NCBI GenBank assembly: GCA_963785305.1
Contig: CAWAUV010000008.1
Span: forward strand, 1,376,001 to 1,440,000
Direction of reading: 5' to 3'
Length of the DNA stretch: 64,000 bases
Origin: an uncultured Planctomycetaceae bacterium
Lineage (GTDB): Bacteria; Planctomycetota; Planctomycetia; Pirellulales; PALSA-1355
Positions 56,192-64,000 of this stretch are shown here, one piece after another. Under the pieces are notes generated by a model. The model had not been told where the DNA came from, made no database searches, and was given only the letters and a program-made list of their open reading frames with translations. Both the position numbers and the translations under genes were made by a program. Each line of letters opens with the position of its first letter. Position 1 is the stretch's first letter.

Positions 56192-57353
56192 TCATTGTCC
56201 GGTCCGGAGTTCAGTGCTCGATACATCGGCGCGAAATCGCTCGGCCGCGACTTCATCAATGCAAATCGCCCGCAGCGCCGGGCTCACTTCGAGCCGCGAG
56301 AGCGAGCGAAATCCAGCGTCGCCCGCGGCGCCGTCGAGCGGCATCAGCCGGCCGAACACCAGGAACTTGCAACCGCGGGCGGCAATGGCGTTTATCGCCG
56401 CGTCGCGAGCGGCTTCGCCGTGGCCGTAGAACCGCGGTTGATCGATCCGCGGCAGCGTGTCGGCGCCCACGATGAATGTCGCTCCCGGAAACAACTCGGC
56501 TTTGGCCGCGAAGGTTGCGGCGCGAGTCAGATACACGCTCTCGTCGGCGCCGAACTGCCGCAGCCTTCGGGCCATCTCCAGGTAATCGAGCGGCGGCTTG
56601 TCGGCGTTTTCGATCGGCAGTTCCCAAGCGACCGGCGCACCGAGTAACTTCTCGGCCACTCGGGCCATCTGTTCGTGGCCATGATGGCGCGGGTTGAAGG
56701 CGCCGGAGAAGATCACGGCCGGCGCGGCGCTCCGTGCTTCGATCGCGTCCGGGCCGCTGGCGACCAATTTGGCCACGCGACCCGACCACAAGTCTTGCCA
56801 TGCGTCGGACGCGTCGTGGCGATCGATCGAGAGCGTTTCGCCCTTGATCAGCTCGACGGGCGCTGGCGACTTCGAGGCCGGCGGCCTCGGCGATCGTGTT
56901 CAGCAACAAGGTGGCGGCCAGTCGCTCTTCCTCGGCCCGAGTGCGGCTGCCCTTGGCCAAGATGAGCGACACCGCCACGGTCGCCGCGCCGGTCTGGCAG
57001 GCCAAATGCAAGCGATGCTCGCCGCGTTTGGGCCGATCCGAGGCCAGGCTCGCCGTGAGCGACACTCCCGCGCGGCGAGGCCATTCGCCGCCCAGCGAGC
57101 CGCCCCGCGCGAACGCCACCATCGCCATCGCGCGGGCCGTCGCTTCGGAGCAGTATTGATCGGGCAACTTGCCCAAATACGCCTCCAGCGCCGCCGAAGC
57201 ATAAGGCACGACACATTCGAGCACCGTTCGCGATCCGCCGGGCGCCGAGAGCAATTCGCCAATCGCAAGCGATCCCCCGCCGGTGAGCGCGAGCGAAAGC
57301 TGCACGCGCGAGGCGTGGATCTGGGCAACAAGCGGTTCGATCGTGCTCTGCAT
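56192..57353 (-). CDS. CinA/PncC-like domain fused to an HxGH nucleotidyltransferase (frameshift near 56865)
   Basis: TGGGS, PGGSRTVLE, VPY, CSEATARAMA; IFSGAFNPRHHGH, NADKPPL, FIVGADT, FLVFGR, DVSSTELR. Confidence 0.75.
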
Positions 57354-57538
57354 CGCTCGAGGGGCCCGGGAGCGTTTTCCCAAAGAAAAAATCTTCGCAC
57401 ATGGCGCCAAGATGCGCAAGAGGGCGGCCGGAGAAAAAAAATTTTCGCCCTCAAGGTCAATAAAACGTCTTCGCCAGCGAACAACATTGCATGGCCGCCA
57501 TTCGAGATCGCATGTCACATTAAGGGAGGGATCGAGCG

Positions 57539-58386
57539 ATGTTCCTATTGAAAAAAGTCGTTCTGGGGGCCGCCGCCGTGGCGCTGCTCTCCACATTGTG
57601 CTTCGGGCGCAACGCGCTGAGTTATCTCGGCGCCTCGGTCGGAATCGTGAAAAACTCGGTGAAAAACGGCGTGCCGATGGATTTCGAGCTTAGCCGCGCC
57701 CGCGACATGGTGAAGAACTTGCTGCCCGACATTCGTGGAAACATGCATGTAATCGCCCAGGAAGAAGTCGAGGTCGAGCGGTTGGGCAAGCAAATCGCCG
57801 CCCTGCAAACGACCGTCGATCGCGAGCGGGGTGAATTGGCCCGGCTGAAAGACGACCTCGCGACGCACGCGGTTTCGTTCGAGTACAATGGCCGCAAGTA
57901 CGACTGCGCCGCGGTCAAGACCGATCTCACTCGGCGGTTCGAGCGATTCAAGACGCATGAGGCCACGCTCGCGAGCCTCGCCGGGATCGAGCAAGCCCGC
58001 AAACGCAGCCTCGACGCCTCGCGACAAAAGACTCGAGGGCATGTTGGCGGCGAAGCGTCGAGCTCGAGGTCGAAGTCGAGAACCTCGAGGCCCGCTCGAA
58101 AATGGTCGAGGTGGCCCAAACGACGAGCGATTATAATTTCGACGATAGCCGACTGGGTCGGGTGCGCGAATTGTTGGGCGAGTTGAAGGCCCGCCTGGCG
58201 GTGTCGCAGAAGCTCGTCGACGCGGACCATGATATCCACGACGAAATCAGCCTCTCGCCATCGTCCGGCAACGATATCGTCGAGCAGGTGACACGCTATC
58301 TCGAAGCGGGCCATTCGGCGGCGCCGGGCGGCGAGTCGGGCGAAAGCGGTCTGGCGGCCAAGGAGGTCGGCGCGACGACGCCGTGA
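57539..58386 (+). CDS. N-terminally anchored coiled-coil protein, PspA/IM30-like (frameshifts near 58025..58060)
   Basis: AAGGGAGG RBS; hydrophobic N-terminus; long heptad-like helices across ORFs 57539..58186, 57888..58136 and 58102..58386. Confidence 0.65.
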
Positions 58387-58397
58387 GGTTGCGAGCA

Positions 58398-58448
58398 GCG
58401 AGTTTTTCCGAACCGCGAGTTTTTTCAACAGGCGAGTCTTTTCGACAG
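58398..58448. repeat. Three 17-bp tandem repeats
   Basis: gcgagtttttccgaacc / gcgagttttttcaacag / gcgagtcttttcgacag. Confidence 0.8.
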
Positions 58449-59188
58449 TGAGAAACTCCTCGACCAACTTGCCGCGCAACACCCAACCTCGCGCCGATAC
58501 GATTCCCGCCGGCGCGCTCGGCGGCGCTGGGGCGACGTTCGAAAACTTCGTGCTCTGGATCGACGCCGTGGGCGGGTTCCTCGTGTGCTCGCAATCGCGA
58601 GTATCGCTCGGCCCCGCCGATAGTCCCGCGGGCGATCGTTTGCCCGAGATCGCGCTTTGGGCCGATCTTCGCCCGGAGCATGCCACGATCGCTCGCGATC
58701 GCGAGGGTTATGTGCTCGCGCCCTCGGGGCCCACCTCGATCGATGGCCGGCCGACGACCGGTCCCGTGGCGCTGGTCGATGGCGCGGTGATCGGGCTAGG
58801 CGCACCGGCGCGGTTGCGATTTTCTCGGCCCCATCCGCTGAGCGCTTCGGCGCGGCTCGACATCATGAGCGGGCATCGGACGAATCCGGCGGTCAATGCG
58901 ATCGTGCTGGCGGCCGACACGGTTCTGCTGGGGCCCGATCCGCGGAGCCATATCGTTTGCCGCCGCTGGTCGTCGGCGCTCACGCTCTACCGGCGCGGCG
59001 ATCGCTGGGCCTGTCTCGCGCAATCGCCGCTGGAGATCGATGGCCAAGTCGGAGCGACCTCGGGCTGGTTGACGAGCGAGAGTCGGATCGTGGGCGAAGA
59101 GATTTCGCTCGGTTTGGAGCCTTATTGCCCGGAGAATGCGAACCGGGCGCCTTTGCAGCGCGATCGGCGCCTTGCTTCGCGCGGGTGA
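58448..59188 (+). CDS. Degenerate tandem FHA-like domain protein
   Basis: LWIDAVGGFLV, RVSLG, ADLRPEHATIARDREGYVL, IDG, LVDGAVIGLG; second unit LGPDPRSHIVC; start uncertain. Confidence 0.65.
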   Translation: MRNSSTNLPRNTQPRADTIPAGALGGAGATFENFVLWIDAVGGFLVCSQSRVSLGPADSPAGDRLPEIALWADLRPEHATIARDREGYVLAPSGPTSIDGRPTTGPVALVDGAVIGLGAPARLRFSRPHPLSASARLDIMSGHRTNPAVNAIVLAADTVLLGPDPRSHIVCRRWSSALTLYRRGDRWACLAQSPLEIDGQVGATSGWLTSESRIVGEEISLGLEPYCPENANRAPLQRDRRLASRG

Positions 59189-59238
59189 TTTGCCGGACCG
59201 CGGCGGTTTGCGATAATGGTTCGTGCGAGCGAATAGCC

Positions 59239-60909
59239 ATGAATGCTCCATTTCCACGAACCGAAACTCCGCCGGGGCCGGCCCGAGCCGCCATGAAGTT
59301 TCTCCACGCCACCGGTTCCCGCCCACTCGAGGGTTACACGATCAAGCGCGGGCTGGGTCGCGGGGGCTTTGGCGAAGTGTATTACGCGGTGAGCGAAGCC
59401 GGCAAGGATGTGGCGCTCAAGCTGGTGCGGCGCAATTTCGATGTCGAACTGCGCGGAGTCGGCCATTGCTTGAATCTCAAGCATCCGCATCTGCTCGCGC
59501 TCCACGACATCAAGCGCGACGCGGAAGACAACATCTGGGTGGTCATGGAATACATTGCCGGCGAGTCGCTCGAAGACCGCTTGGCCCGAGCCCCCCAGGG
59601 ACTCCCACCCGAGGAAGCTTGCCAATGGGCCCGCGGCGCGGCGGCCGGGCTCGCCTATCTACACGACCACGGAATCGTGCATCGCGACCTCAAGCCAGGC
59701 AATGTGTTCGTCGACGAAGGCATCGTCAAGCTCGGCGACTACGGCCTCTCGAAATACATTTCATGTGGTCGCCGCAGCGGGCAGACCGATAGCGTGGGCA
59801 CCGTGCATTACATGGCGCCCGAGGTGGCCAACGGTCGCTACGGCAAGCAGATCGACATTTATGCCTTGGGCGTGTTGATCCATGAAACGCTCACTGGCCG
59901 CGCGCCGTTCGAGGGCGAAAGCGTGGGCGAAGTGCTGATGAAGCATCTCACGGCAACGCCCGATCTGACGGCGCTCGTCGAGCCCTATCGCTCGGTGGTC
60001 GGCCGGGCGATGGCCAAGGATCCGGAAGCGCGTTTCGAGTCGGTCGAGGCCATGGTCGACCGGCTGCCCAGCTTCGCCGGCACGCGGCCTTTGACCTTCG
60101 CGCACGGTAGCCCGACGCCGCGGGCGAGTCTCGTTGCGCGCGAAAACCCGGCGCGGCGCGAAAACCCGACCCTCGGCGCTTCGCTCGCATTGCTCGCCAA
60201 TTCGTCGCCCGCGTCAAAATCACCGCGCGAGCGAATGGCCGATCTCTTGGGCGCGATGTTGTTTGCCGCGGGGGTCGCGGTGGTGACGGGCGTGCTGCTC
60301 TTGCTGGCCCGCGGCGTTCCGCCCGAGCCGCAGCAGTTTGCGTGGCTGTGGATGGTCGCCACGTTGGGCTCCTGGTGCGTGATGGTTCCGGCCAAAGCCT
60401 GGGAAGGCGCCCTGGGCGACATCACCTTGCGGCGGTTTGCCATGCTCGTGATCGGGCTCGCCTTCGGAATCGCGACCTGGGGCTTGCATCGCATCTTGTT
60501 CGTCGAATTGCCGGGCGATTCGCGGTTTGTGATCGACTCCGGGGTCTTTGCCCGATCGTGGATTAACCTGTCGCTGATCGACGGCAGGCCGAGTGTGTGG
60601 ACATTCGCAATTTATTTCGGACTGCTCTTCGCGGTCCCGCGTTGGTGGCGGCAGGCAGACCCGGCGCGGCTGCGGCGCGTGAGCCTGGGCTCGGTGGCCA
60701 GGGCCGTGCTCGCGGCTTGGCTGCTGAACATGTTGTGTCCCTTTCCGCAACCCTGGGGTCTGATGGTCGCCGCCGCGATCTCGCTCACCACGCAACTGGC
60801 CAGCCCGCTCGAGCCGCTTGATGTCGGCGAGCCGATCGATGGCAAGCGAACACGGCGGGCTTTGCCGCATGGCGCGCGCGGCCGAGATGCTCGGAAGGAG
60901 ATTCGCTGA
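59239..60909 (+). CDS. Hanks-type Ser/Thr kinase with polytopic C-terminal membrane domain
   Basis: GRGGFGEVY, VALK, HRDLKPGN, KLGDYG, GTVHYMAPE, DIYALG; about six TM helices. Confidence 0.95.
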   Translation: MNAPFPRTETPPGPARAAMKFLHATGSRPLEGYTIKRGLGRGGFGEVYYAVSEAGKDVALKLVRRNFDVELRGVGHCLNLKHPHLLALHDIKRDAEDNIWVVMEYIAGESLEDRLARAPQGLPPEEACQWARGAAAGLAYLHDHGIVHRDLKPGNVFVDEGIVKLGDYGLSKYISCGRRSGQTDSVGTVHYMAPEVANGRYGKQIDIYALGVLIHETLTGRAPFEGESVGEVLMKHLTATPDLTALVEPYRSVVGRAMAKDPEARFESVEAMVDRLPSFAGTRPLTFAHGSPTPRASLVARENPARRENPTLGASLALLANSSPASKSPRERMADLLGAMLFAAGVAVVTGVLLLLARGVPPEPQQFAWLWMVATLGSWCVMVPAKAWEGALGDITLRRFAMLVIGLAFGIATWGLHRILFVELPGDSRFVIDSGVFARSWINLSLIDGRPSVWTFAIYFGLLFAVPRWWRQADPARLRRVSLGSVARAVLAAWLLNMLCPFPQPWGLMVAAAISLTTQLASPLEPLDVGEPIDGKRTRRALPHGARGRDARKEIR

Positions 60910-61696
60910 TGCATGCAATACAAGCTCCGGTGTGGCTGCCTTGGGTGGCGCTCGGTGGCGTGGTGCTTATGGCCATGATGCTGGTTGCGCTGTTCGTGCT
61001 GGCGCTCGTGTTTCAGCGCTGGCTCTTGGCGCTGGGCATCGTGGGGTTCGTTGGGGTCGGAGGCTTTGTGCTGATGGGAGTTTTCACGCTCCGCATGGCG
61101 CGGAGTTCCAACGAAGTGGCGTACATCGAGTCGCGCTCAACGCGGCCGGAGAAAGATGCTTCGCATCGGGCCCCGACGCTCGACGAGCAGGTAACCGTAA
61201 AGCGAGAACCGATCGAGCTCAACCCCATACCGCGACCCGATTGGGTCGAACAAACCGCGACGTTACGAAACGGCAGTTACGTGACCGTCGTCCGCTCGGG
61301 CCTCTATGCCACGCCGGGCGAATGCCAGCGCCCTTGGAAGCCGCCGAGCTCGCCGCCGGGGCGGAATATCTCGATGATTTTCTCGGCGCCGACGCCAGTC
61401 GCCTTGTCGCGCTCGATATTGAGTATCTGCGCGATCATGTCGAACGCGATCGGCACTACGAAACCACGGAAGCCTCGATCGGAGCAATGCATCAAGCCTT
61501 TGCCCAACTCTGTTTCGATCGGGCGGCGCAAGACGATCTGCGTGCTCGGTGGCGACAAGCGGTCGCGGTCAATCGACTGTGGAGCGCCGGCGGCATCGCG
61601 GCGGTGACATTGCTCGGCATGGCCGCGGCGCTCGAACGCCTGCGGCGCGTGAATCGTCGCGAGCGGCTCGATGCGACGCGCCCGGTCGAGGCATGA
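60909..61696 (+). CDS. Hypothetical membrane protein (frameshift near 61335)
   Basis: TGATG overlap with the kinase stop; N-terminal TMs, RPDWV motif, C-terminal TM in ORF 60818..61696. Confidence 0.65.
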
Positions 61697-61736
61697 ACAG
61701 GGCGAGCGAGTCGCGTCGTTCGGCGCTCCGCGCCGC

Positions 61737-62720
61737 TTATCGCGCGAAGGGCAACCGCGAGAGTCCCCACACGGCCAGCACCAGCGCCGCGATCGGCGCG
61801 AGCGCGAGTCCGCAGCGTTCGAGTTGTCGCTCGCGATCACTCCGCGGTTCGACGGCGTGCGCCGGCTCCAGGGATTCGACGAGCGCGGCGATCTCTTGCT
61901 CGTCGGCGGCAAGCGGCGCCGTTCGCGGTGGCGTGGTCAAGGCAAACCATCCGACGAGCAGCGCCAGACCAAACGACACCGGCGGCGCGGCCCTTCGCCA
62001 CAAGCCGATGCGCGTCGCCACGTCGCCCGCATGCGGCAGCGCGCCACTCAAGGGCGCTTCTTCGTGAGATCGTCTCACGCCGCGGCGGGCCAATATTCGC
62101 CATGCCGGCAGCGTTGCCAGGAGCGTGATGAACATATGGACCACCGGCGGCGCCAGGCAACTCGCCAGCGCCGCGAGCAAAAGCGTCATGTGAAAAGCAA
62201 GCAACGCCAGTCGATTCGTGAAATATTTGTGCGTCGGCAAATAATAAAGCCAAACCGCGGCCGCCACCACGCCCGGCCACGCCCGCAACGAACAAATGCC
62301 CATTGCCAGCCACGAGCGATCGAGCGCCCAGGCGCCGATCGCAAGCCAAGCGAGGAGCAACGAGTAAACCCAGCGGCTCGGCAACAAGCGGCGATGGCGG
62401 GCGAGCCGCCACAGGCCATATTCCACCGCGGCGGCGCAGGAGCCGGCGAGCATCACGATTCTCGCCAGCTCGAACGGGTTGTAGCCCTCGGCCCCCGGCA
62501 TCGGTGACAAAGCATGTCCGCCGCCGAGCGCTGTCATGCGAACAACGATCGCTTCCATCCATCCCGCGCCGCCTTCGAGCGCCAGGCATGCGATCAGCCA
62601 GCGCGAAACATGGCTCCCCCGCCAGCGGGCATGTAACATGCCGAGGGCGATCGCGAGCCAAGCCAAGCCGGTCGCGAAGTAGACAAATGGCAATTGATCC
62701 GCATGAAAAATGGTGGACAT
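61737..62720 (-). CDS. Hypothetical polytopic membrane protein
   Basis: Intact ORF with many hydrophobic helices; start placed at MSTIFH. Confidence 0.55.
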   Translation of the reverse strand: MSTIFHADQLPFVYFATGLAWLAIALGMLHARWRGSHVSRWLIACLALEGGAGWMEAIVVRMTALGGGHALSPMPGAEGYNPFELARIVMLAGSCAAAVEYGLWRLARHRRLLPSRWVYSLLLAWLAIGAWALDRSWLAMGICSLRAWPGVVAAAVWLYYLPTHKYFTNRLALLAFHMTLLLAALASCLAPPVVHMFITLLATLPAWRILARRGVRRSHEEAPLSGALPHAGDVATRIGLWRRAAPPVSFGLALLVGWFALTTPPRTAPLAADEQEIAALVESLEPAHAVEPRSDRERQLERCGLALAPIAALVLAVWGLSRLPFAR

Positions 62721-63135
62721 AGGCGGTAGAAAATGTTCGCGAAGGTTGATGTCACATGGACCAAGGCTTGCGCGGGCTGGAACACCCATTTCGCGTCGAG
62801 CCACACAGCGAAAAGGTAGTTTGCGAAACAGGATCGCGGTGTCGCCATTGATTACCGTGGGATTCCGGCCGCAATCGACGCGTCGGCGAGCATGGCCCAC
62901 GCATCGGCACAATCGGCGTCCGCGGCGTTGCCCGCAAAACCCGACCCACCCCGCATTGCCCGGCCGCCCGACGCTCGAACGATTCGCGTCGGGCGGCTTG
63001 CGAATTGCGTGCTATATATTTGGAAACGGTCGACCCGGCGGCCCCTAGCCTCGCTTGCCGAACGGTGTGATCGTCCCGCCTACTTGTGGCCCGCCTCGAA
63101 TCCCGCCCGAATGTTTTAGCGATAGGCTCGTCCCC

Positions 63136-63996
63136 ATGGTTGTGATTATCGGATGCGTTGTCGTTGTTGGCGCCGTGCTCGCGGGTTTCGTGCTTTCGGG
63201 CGGGCAGATCGGGGCGCTGATTCACCCGACCGAAGTGCTCACCATCGGCGGCGCCGCGCTGGGCGCGCTGATCATCATGTCGCCGATGAACGTGCTCAAG
63301 GACCTTGTGCGCGGCATTCTCACGACGCTTAAAGGCAGTCCTTTCAACCGGCAAACCTACTGCGAGCTATTTCAAACGCTCTACGATTTGATGCGCGTCG
63401 CCCGCCGCGAGGGGCTCATTATTCTCGAATCGCATGTGGCGAACCCGCATGAGAGCGATATTTTCACGAAGTATCCCCGCATCGGCGGCAATCACCATGT
63501 GTGTGAGTTCATCTGCGGCGCGCTCTCGCCGCTGATCGAAGGCACGGCCACGCCCGAACAGTTGGCCACGCTGCTCGACGCCGAGCTGAAGGTGATGGAG
63601 GAAGAACATCACGCGCCGATGGGCGCCCTGAGCAAAACGGCCGACGCGCTGCCGGGCTTCGGCATCGTGGCGGCGGTGCTGGGCATCGTGATCACGATGG
63701 GCGCCATCGACGGGCCGGTCGAGGAGATCGGCCACAAAGTGGGCGCCGCTCTCGTGGGAACGTTCCTGGGTATTCTCGCGTCGTATGGCTTCTTTGGCCC
63801 CTTGGCCGCGCGGATGGACGCCCTGGGTCACGCCGAGATGGCGTTTTTTCGCACAATCGTGACTAGCGTCTTGGCCTTCATGAACAATGTGCCGCCCAAG
63901 GTGGCGCTGGATCAGGCCCGCCGCGGCGTGACCTCGGATGTTCGCCCCAGCCGCACGGAACTGGAAACGCTGTTCAAACAGGCCGACGCGGCGTAA
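63136..63996 (+). CDS. motA: Flagellar motor stator protein
   Basis: PTEVLTIGGAALGA, ARREGLIILESHV, ADALPGFGIVAAVLGIVITM, VGAALVGTFLGILASYG. Confidence 0.96.
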   Translation: MVVIIGCVVVVGAVLAGFVLSGGQIGALIHPTEVLTIGGAALGALIIMSPMNVLKDLVRGILTTLKGSPFNRQTYCELFQTLYDLMRVARREGLIILESHVANPHESDIFTKYPRIGGNHHVCEFICGALSPLIEGTATPEQLATLLDAELKVMEEEHHAPMGALSKTADALPGFGIVAAVLGIVITMGAIDGPVEEIGHKVGAALVGTFLGILASYGFFGPLAARMDALGHAEMAFFRTIVTSVLAFMNNVPPKVALDQARRGVTSDVRPSRTELETLFKQADAA

Positions 63997-64000
63997 GCCC

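Overview
High-GC bacterial chromosomal DNA, almost certainly from a planctomycete (Pirellulales-like). The markers are DUF1549/DUF1553 plus DUF1501 genes, a PVC-type haem-binding protein, and the order rplY-pth-rpsF-ssb-rplI-dnaB without rpsR. About 46 genes are supported: translation and replication genes, lepA with a Cys-cluster signal peptidase I, a secreted ~20%-Cys repeat protein, two radical SAM enzymes, exbB with a duplicated exbD pair, a ychF-like gene, a U32 protein, a sigma-54 activator, queF, ABC transporters, pcm, pyrBC, a coiled-coil/FHA/Ser-Thr kinase operon, and motA. More than 20 genes, including housekeeping ones, are broken by small indels. This points to long-read assembly error, so those genes were rebuilt by eye and their junctions are approximate. 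No rRNA, tRNA, CRISPR array, prophage or transposase was seen. Small non-coding structure is plentiful: two copies of a ~78-bp MITE-like element, a REP doublet, and three tandem arrays, one of which triplicates the pth start. The best candidates for undescribed biology are the anchored PspA-like/FHA/kinase operon, the Cys-rich secreted protein, the pth start triplication and an apparently exported PIMT. All family calls come from motif recognition, not database searches.
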